From positions 1 through 33,934 of IMG/VR virus record IMGVR_UViG_3300028765_000034: a stretch of DNA of 33,934 nt. One strand, given 5' to 3'. Position 1 is the stretch's first letter; every line of letters starts with the position of its first letter. Origin of the DNA: a virus. Its lineage: Duplodnaviria > Caudoviricetes. The position numbers were made by a program, and so were the translations under genes. Shown one piece after another: positions 28,384 through 33,934 of the stretch. A model generated the notes under the pieces. It made no database searches, had not been told where the DNA came from, and was given only the letters and a program-made list of their open reading frames with translations.

Positions 28384-28983
28384 ATGAGCTACGGAATCAA
28401 CCCACCAAAAGGAGTCGCGTTTCTGCGCGCTCTTGTATCCAGCATCAAGAACATCGAAAGGGAGGCCATATTACTCATCGGAGAACTGGAGCAGGACAAT
28501 GTAAGACGAAACACAGAGACCGATCGAGAGTTGCATGGCTCTTACCAATCTCAAGAGCCGCGCCGCCCCTGTCTAAGCGAGTATGTTGGAGCATATGGAA
28601 ACACATATAAATGCGGAAAGCCAAGCGGTCACGGAGGCACGCACGCGCCGTATCCCATCGGCTCTCCGATATGGACGGACGCCATGGAGAAAAACAACAA
28701 GAACGCGCCAAAGACCTGTGGCAACACATTCACCAACTGCGCGGGCGACACCTACTCATGCTCGCGCCCAAAAGGCCACGCCGGACATCACGCCGCCAAG
28801 ACGGAGTTGGGATTTGAGACGCAGTGGCCGCAGGGATATGGGGAGAAGCCAGCCTTTCAATGCACCGACACAATGTCTGTAGAGGCTTGCGGCGAGGCCA
28901 GGTTCTACCGCTGCACCAAGCCTCATGGCCATGAAGTTCCTCACGAGAATCGGAAGTCATCGGGCCTCATTTTTAATTGGTAA
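28384..28983 (+). CDS. Protein with three CCHH-type repeats
   Basis: C-x13/16-C-x2-P-x-GH-x3-H...W occurs three times. Confidence 0.7.
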   Translation: MSYGINPPKGVAFLRALVSSIKNIEREAILLIGELEQDNVRRNTETDRELHGSYQSQEPRRPCLSEYVGAYGNTYKCGKPSGHGGTHAPYPIGSPIWTDAMEKNNKNAPKTCGNTFTNCAGDTYSCSRPKGHAGHHAAKTELGFETQWPQGYGEKPAFQCTDTMSVEACGEARFYRCTKPHGHEVPHENRKSSGLIFNW

Positions 28984-29027
28984 AATAATCCTTGCCATCA
29001 ACAACCCAACCAAATAAACATTTCCAT

Positions 29028-29174
29028 TGACGGTTGAAGAAAGAGCGACCATTCACTGCAAAAAACTGAGGCCGAGCCACCAATGCCCAAGGTCTTGCGA
29101 CCAACAGGCGGGAAAGATCACATAATGGGGTGAGTGGCAACACCGGGCGAAGATTGCTCTTTCTTCAGTCGTCA
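29028..29174 (+). ncRNA. Candidate ~147-nt structured ncRNA
   Basis: 21-bp closing stem (3 G-U pairs) and internal hairpins; begins just after a promoter-like motif. Confidence 0.6.
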
Positions 29175-29201
29175 TAAATAAACATCCAACCAAATAAATA
29201 A

Positions 29202-29414
29202 ATGAACATCGATCAAATCCTCGCCATTGCAGCCATCGCGCTCATCACGTTCGCATTCCTCATTCAGGTGCATGAGGCGGACTTCATTAACAACAATATC
29301 GACAAATATACTCCAGTCGCCTTAGTGCTTGAGATTGTCTTGAGACTCACGATCTCCGCCTGCCTTGGATTCGCTGCCGTCGAATGCATCAAGGTCATCT
29401 TTCAACTGTCATGA
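29202..29414 (+). CDS. Small 2-TM membrane protein
   Basis: Two hydrophobic segments. Confidence 0.65.
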   Translation: MNIDQILAIAAIALITFAFLIQVHEADFINNNIDKYTPVALVLEIVLRLTISACLGFAAVECIKVIFQLS

Positions 29415-29491
29415 AATTCTTCATCGCAATAATCGTCGTGGCCGCATTTGTCCTGATTGTGGCCGCATTAATTCCACCATCACCACTATGA
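29411..29491 (+). CDS. Tiny 1-TM peptide (26 aa)
   Basis: MKFFIAIIVVAAFVLIVAALIPPSPL; ATGA overlaps on both sides. Confidence 0.55.
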   Translation: MKFFIAIIVVAAFVLIVAALIPPSPL

Positions 29492-29682
29492 GCCCGCTTG
29501 CTCAATCTTTAGCCCTCACAATGCTCAGGGCATGCCTTGTGCTTGGTGCTATCTTCTGGGTAGGTCTGGCATCTATGTGCGTGAAGACCGCCGTATCAAA
29601 GCGCCAGTATGGATACATCATGGGCGCCGTGTTCTTATACTTCGTGGCGCTCGCTTACGGCATGCTTGCCGCATTCTTGTGA
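29488..29682 (+). CDS. Small 2-TM membrane protein
   Basis: Hydrophobic; ATGA overlap. Confidence 0.6.
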   Translation: MSPLAQSLALTMLRACLVLGAIFWVGLASMCVKTAVSKRQYGYIMGAVFLYFVALAYGMLAAFL

Positions 29683-29843
29683 GAACCATTCACGTTGTAA
29701 CAGGAGCACTGCTGATCGCCTGCGCATGGGTCGTGCTATATTTCAGCGACCAACTGGAGATGTGGTTTCCTGACTCAATGCCCGACATGATGTTGTTTGG
29801 AGGATTCCTATATGGCGCAGGAATTGCTTTCCTTCTGCTATGA
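29679..29843 (+). CDS. Small 2-TM membrane protein
   Basis: GTGA overlap; hydrophobic. Confidence 0.6.
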   Translation: MRTIHVVTGALLIACAWVVLYFSDQLEMWFPDSMPDMMLFGGFLYGAGIAFLLL

Positions 29844-30016
29844 ACGTATCAGAACGCACCCGGCTACGACAGCCATGCAGACACTGCGGACGATGGTTTG
29901 GGGCTCACAAGGCCGGAACACTTCACTGTCCCATGACTCAGTCGCCATACACGCACTACCACAAGGTTCAGAGGTTCGAGAAAAAACCCCTTGACGCGCA
30001 ACAGGCGACAACGTAA
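29840..30016 (+). CDS. Small CxxC-H-C protein (58 aa)
   Basis: PCRHCGRWFGAHKAGTLHCP; ATGA overlap. Confidence 0.5.
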   Translation: MNVSERTRLRQPCRHCGRWFGAHKAGTLHCPMTQSPYTHYHKVQRFEKKPLDAQQATT

Positions 30017-30026
30017 GACATCCCAA

Positions 30027-30383
30027 ATGGGATTGTACCAATTTACTAGAAACAGGATTCTTGCGAATTTTCCAAATCCCGGATGGTGGCAACCCGGAGG
30101 GCCAGCGGCACGACATGGGTATGCGCAAACTGACCCTAACTATGTTGCACCCTATTACGGCTATCGAACCCCGGTATTTTCTGTTCGAGTAGCACAGATA
30201 TTTGGGGGCTATGTGGGACTTCAAAACGAAATATGGGGCTTTTACGGTGACTTTGAAATTTTTACAGCCAATGCCACAACCCAATACATACGCCCGCTTG
30301 AAAACTGGAGTTTAGATCAGATATATGAAGGCTCCAGACAAAAGCCGTGGATGGCGTGCGGCGGCAGCGTGATTGATCCTTGA
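30027..30383 (+). CDS. Hypothetical protein, probably leaderless
   Basis: TTGACG-N17-TAAGAC-N7-ATG. Confidence 0.65.
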   Translation: MGLYQFTRNRILANFPNPGWWQPGGPAARHGYAQTDPNYVAPYYGYRTPVFSVRVAQIFGGYVGLQNEIWGFYGDFEIFTANATTQYIRPLENWSLDQIYEGSRQKPWMACGGSVIDP

Positions 30384-30415
30384 CCAATTTCAATGTAAAG
30401 CGTAAGACATCTCCC

Positions 30416-30679
30416 ATGGCAAAATTCATCGAAGGCAATACCTACAGCAATTTCCCGGCGCCCAACTACGGGACGAACAAATCCACAACTACGCCCAATG
30501 TTCAGGCATCTGCCGAACCAGTGATGACCAAGGTTGCCACAAGGGTCACAAAGACCTACGCAACCTTTGCTGATGTGACGCTCCATTACCCCCAGAGGTT
30601 CAAAATTTATTCCGACGCGCTTGGCTCCTTCGTTTACCCGAAGGGTCGGTTCCCTGGAGCGCCGATCTTCAGAGCGTAA
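30416..30679 (+). CDS. Hypothetical protein, probably leaderless
   Basis: TTGACC-N17-TAAGAC-N7-ATG. Confidence 0.65.
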   Translation: MAKFIEGNTYSNFPAPNYGTNKSTTTPNVQASAEPVMTKVATRVTKTYATFADVTLHYPQRFKIYSDALGSFVYPKGRFPGAPIFRA

Positions 30680-30690
30680 ACAATTTCCTT

Positions 30691-30776
30691 GCAGCGCCAG
30701 CTCCAGTTGAAGCTAACTACCCTGGTTACAGCACAACATAGGACTCAACCCAGTGAAAGTCTGGGAGCCTGCTCCA
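30691..30776 (+). ncRNA. Degenerate tRNA-like element
   Basis: GCAG../..CTGC-T-CCA end, D-arm-like AGCT..AGCT, T-arm CCCAG-tgaaagt-CTGGG; anticodon arm non-canonical. Confidence 0.4.
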
Positions 30777-30783
30777 ATTTCAT

Positions 30784-30859
30784 AGCGCGGTGGACAAGTG
30801 GTTAAGTCACCAGTCTCATAAGCTGGGGATCGTGGGTTCAAATCCCACCCTCGCTACCA
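30784..30859 (+). tRNA. tRNA with CAT anticodon (Met, or Ile2 if lysidinylated)
   Basis: 76-nt cloverleaf: CCAGT-ctCATaa-GCTGG, GGTTCAAATCC T-arm, encoded CCA, one acceptor mismatch. Confidence 0.92.
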
Positions 30860-30890
30860 ATTTCATCCACTATGTTGTGGAAGGAGTTAC

Positions 30891-30923
30891 GAGATCGCTT
30901 TGGCGGTCTCAGCCAATTTTCTT
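30891..30923 (+). terminator. Possible terminator hairpin
   Basis: GAGATCGCT-ttt-GGCGGTCTC, followed shortly by a T-rich tract. Confidence 0.35.
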
Positions 30924-31063
30924 ACGGAAAAAGTGATTAGAATTTCCATTAGAAATCCCCTCATAGGGTATAAATGCAGCAAAGATCAATCGATTTATAC
31001 CCGATCGGCAATAAAGAACGCCCGGATGTCCATTAAGCACCAAATCCTACCGTACGGGATATG

Positions 31064-31315
31064 TCAGCGCCCCTTATCGCCCTTACACCGAGGACGCGCC
31101 ACTTTCTTCGACTTGGGCTCCTCTTCGTTCGTCACCGCACGACCGTAGATCGTTTTACGAGCGATTTCATTTGGGAGCTGCTGGACGAATATCTTCAGGC
31201 GAAGTTGTCGCTCTCCGTCCATCAATTTGCAGAGATGGGAAAAATCCTCACCGCCTGAAGCTAGCTTCTCGGCATCCCTGAGCGCCTGACACTGCAATTC
31301 ATCGTATTGATTCAT
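31064..31315 (-). CDS. Hypothetical protein, divergent and probably leaderless
   Basis: CTGCAC-N17-TAGTGT-N6-ATG on the - strand. Confidence 0.55.
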   Translation of the reverse strand: MNQYDELQCQALRDAEKLASGGEDFSHLCKLMDGERQLRLKIFVQQLPNEIARKTIYGRAVTNEEEPKSKKVARPRCKGDKGR

Positions 31316-31443
31316 GGCGGCACACTACACTGACTGACTGCGGCGTGCAGCAAAAAAAGTCGTTGCCACGCGATGCGTTCTATCGTAAGACATTGACCCA
31401 TGCCTCCAGTCAAGGTTTCACAATCAATTAACACGATCTAATC

Positions 31444-32034
31444 ATGTCCACACCAATTAAGGGAATGGTCTTCCCCGGCGGTTATCATTTCTTTGAAGGC
31501 GACGTGAGGCTCGACTCTCACTTTGACCTCGACAATCTGTATGAGGTGGTCAAAGCGTACCGAGCCAACAACAACCTGCCAGTTGGTGATGTTGTGGGTG
31601 ATGTAAACCGGCAGCTATGCGGGCGCGTCCCGACCTTCTGCCATGGAGTTGATTCAGTGGAAGTGAACTTCTCATCCGTTGAGCGACCAACGCCACAGGG
31701 CGACCTGCTCAACGATGTGGTGACATGGGCAAGCAACCTTCTAGCTACAGGAGAACAGATCAAGCTGGTTTCCGACACCGAGGCATCACGCAGGTCGTCC
31801 ATCTGCGCCGCCTGTCCGAACAATGCCAACTTCAGGGTCGAATGCCAACCATGCACCGACAATGCGCTCCGGGTCTGCGCGTCAGTACGTCAGGCCAGAG
31901 ATGTTGGCATGAGTAAGATTCTGGGCGGATGTCACGTCCTTCGCCACGACAACAGAACCGCGATCTTCATTGAGAAAGATCAGCTCTCCAAAGCACAAAA
32001 CCTCCCAGATTCCTGCTGGATGAACGAAGCATAA
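31444..32034 (+). CDS. Cys-rich conserved phage protein preceding the portal
   Basis: RRSSICAACPNN...CQPC...GGCHV...CW. Confidence 0.75.
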   Translation: MSTPIKGMVFPGGYHFFEGDVRLDSHFDLDNLYEVVKAYRANNNLPVGDVVGDVNRQLCGRVPTFCHGVDSVEVNFSSVERPTPQGDLLNDVVTWASNLLATGEQIKLVSDTEASRRSSICAACPNNANFRVECQPCTDNALRVCASVRQARDVGMSKILGGCHVLRHDNRTAIFIEKDQLSKAQNLPDSCWMNEA

Positions 32035-32035
32035 A

Positions 32036-33934
32036 ATGGCCACAACAAAACCACTTCCGGCCAAAGTCACCAACCATTTTGCGAACATAGCGCCACGCGT
32101 TACGGATGCCCATGGAGCCCCAAGAGAGCTTGACCTTCCGTACGAGCCAGCTTCGGGCAATTCAACGGACATCATCAATGAGGATACGTTTGCCGTTCAG
32201 CGGGTATTCAAGGACTCTGCGCAGGCGGCTAGCTGCTACAAGCGCCTCAAGAACGACAACAACGATCGAAACAAGAAAAACCAGACGATCCAAAAGAAGC
32301 TCAACAACGAGCCGCCAAATGACCAGAAAAAGCTCGAAAGTATGGGTCAGGGATGGAGAAGCAACCGGCCAACGGGATTCTTATCCACGATGGTCTCACG
32401 CATTCAGCCTCCATTCAAAGAGGTTATTGAAACCGCCAGCACATTAACATTCTCAAAATATCCAATTGAATCAGCCGACTCAGAACATAAGACCAAGGTA
32501 TTCCGCGAGGAAATTACCAAGACCATCCGGGGGTGGAAGGGACATGCCGACCTTCTTGCTCAGACAACTCATGAAAATACAACCTTCGGATTCTGCGCAT
32601 GGACATGGGATGACCTTCGGGACTGGAAGCCAGAGTTCCTTCGTCAAGACAACGTATTCTTCCCAATCGAAGCCCCTCAAGATGCCAACGCACTGCCTCT
32701 CTGGGGAAGAAAGCGCCGCTATCAAATTTCCGAGCTTCTTCCAGTGTTTGAGAATCCTCGTCTCTCTGCTCTTGCTGGTTGGCATCTCGATAATCTTGCA
32801 AAGGCTATAAATCAAGCCGTTCCAGCATCCCGTTCACTCAATAGCGACGAGGACGCAAGGCGCTGGGAGGATTGGATTCGTGAGGGTGGATACGGAGCCG
32901 CCTACGAGACCGACGCCAAGTACGTTGAGATCGGAGAGGTTGTGGTGCGCGAGCCGAAAGGGAAGGTTTCCCGCTACGTCATGAACGACAAAGACGGATC
33001 GGAGATTTGCACGCAGCTCGATCGGTACGACTCCATGAGTGAGGCAATTAATCTGTTTGCCGTGGAAGTTGGAAGCGGATCACTTATGTCTTCCCGCGGC
33101 GCAGGCCGAGACTTATACAACACGCACATTGCAATCGACCGAGCCCGAAACCTCGTGATCGACAACGTCTATCTCGCCAGCGTCATTCTCCTGAAGAAAA
33201 CCATGAACGCGAAGCCGGGAATAGCGCCGCTGACCGTGGCGCATCCGATCGCCTACATCAGTGAAGGATTTGAAGTGGAGCAGCACGGCATTCAGGCCAA
33301 TGTTCAAGACTTCCTCGACCTTGATAAATTCTGTTCAGGACTGGCAGAGATTCAGGTTGGAACATTCCTCCCCGGTCAAGTCACCGATCCAAACTCAGGC
33401 GATAAAGAAACCGCGTCCGAAGTCAATCGCGTAGCAGCCATTGAGAACCAACTACGTCAGGGCATCTTGATGCGCTGGTCTATTCAATACTGCTTCGGAG
33501 TGGAGCGCATGCAGCGTGGAATCTGCCATCCCGAGCATGTCAAGGCCGCTTCTGATCTATTTACCAAACTAAGCGCAGCGCGACAGATGGAGGGTAATGA
33601 AGCAGCCGTATGGGCTCGCAAATCAGTTGTCTCAGCGTTTGAGAAGAGCTGGCTGACGCTTCCGGCATTCCTCGTTCCATTCGATGTGCCGTCACATCTC
33701 GACGAGGACGCTATCGCATGCTGCTTGAACATGTTTGAGCGAAATCTCGACGCGGCAGACATTCTGATGATGGCATACTCTCCAGCCGAAGAGCTTCTTC
33801 CTGATACAACTCAGCAGGATGCTACATCACTTGACCTTGTTGTTCAACGCTACACCGGCAACGCCAATGTGAATCAGGCGGAGCTGATGAAGATGGACAT
33901 CGCCAGCAAGATCGGGGAAGAGACTGCAAATTCG
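32036..33934 (+). CDS. Probable portal protein, 3'-truncated (absent from the ORF track)
   Basis: Long reading frame from MATTKPLPAK to the window end; NEPP..QKKL...GQGWRSN; KETASEV late in the protein; head-module position. Confidence 0.6.
   Translation, partial: MATTKPLPAKVTNHFANIAPRVTDAHGAPRELDLPYEPASGNSTDIINEDTFAVQRVFKDSAQAASCYKRLKNDNNDRNKKNQTIQKKLNNEPPNDQKKLESMGQGWRSNRPTGFLSTMVSRIQPPFKEVIETASTLTFSKYPIESADSEHKTKVFREEITKTIRGWKGHADLLAQTTHENTTFGFCAWTWDDLRDWKPEFLRQDNVFFPIEAPQDANALPLWGRKRRYQISELLPVFENPRLSALAGWHLDNLAKAINQAVPASRSLNSDEDARRWEDWIREGGYGAAYETDAKYVEIGEVVVREPKGKVSRYVMNDKDGSEICTQLDRYDSMSEAINLFAVEVGSGSLMSSRGAGRDLYNTHIAIDRARNLVIDNVYLASVILLKKTMNAKPGIAPLTVAHPIAYISEGFEVEQHGIQANVQDFLDLDKFCSGLAEIQVGTFLPGQVTDPNSGDKETASEVNRVAAIENQLRQGILMRWSIQYCFGVERMQRGICHPEHVKAASDLFTKLSAARQMEGNEAAVWARKSVVSAFEKSWLTLPAFLVPFDVPSHLDEDAIACCLNMFERNLDAADILMMAYSPAEELLPDTTQQDATSLDLVVQRYTGNANVNQAELMKMDIASKIGEETANS

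Noticed and set aside
29028-29174. Hammerhead/HDV ribozyme or SAM riboswitch
   Set aside because: I could not fit the CUGAnGA/GAAA core, the HDV pseudoknot or a riboswitch consensus by eye.
32106-33762. Several short ORFs in the track
   Set aside because: All lie within the long unterminated frame starting at 32036.

Overview
A 34-kb segment of a tailed dsDNA phage genome (or prophage), almost entirely on the + strand and densely packed with ATGA-type overlaps. In order it holds: the 3' part of a giant modular (polyvalent/virion-type) protein; a PurD-like ATP-grasp ligase interrupted at its active-site motif by a LAGLIDADG intein, followed by two small zincin-like genes; early/middle genes (probable SAM lyase, possible Acb2/Tad1-like protein, DUF4406-dNMP kinase fusion, pentapeptide proteins); a recombination/replication block (apparently circularly permuted RecB/Cas4-like nuclease, Sak4-like AAA ATPase, DUF669-like SSB, VRR-NUC, YdaU-like initiator); a TnpB-only IS200/IS605 element on the - strand; terminase small and large subunits; an accessory island (Mom-like DNA modifier, CCHH-repeat protein, structured RNA, small membrane proteins, a CAT-anticodon tRNA and a tRNA-like element); and the start of a probable portal gene. 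Two recurrent promoter-like motif families, leaderless starts and Shine-Dalgarno-free A/C-rich leaders are visible. All family assignments come from motif recognition by eye; no searches were run.
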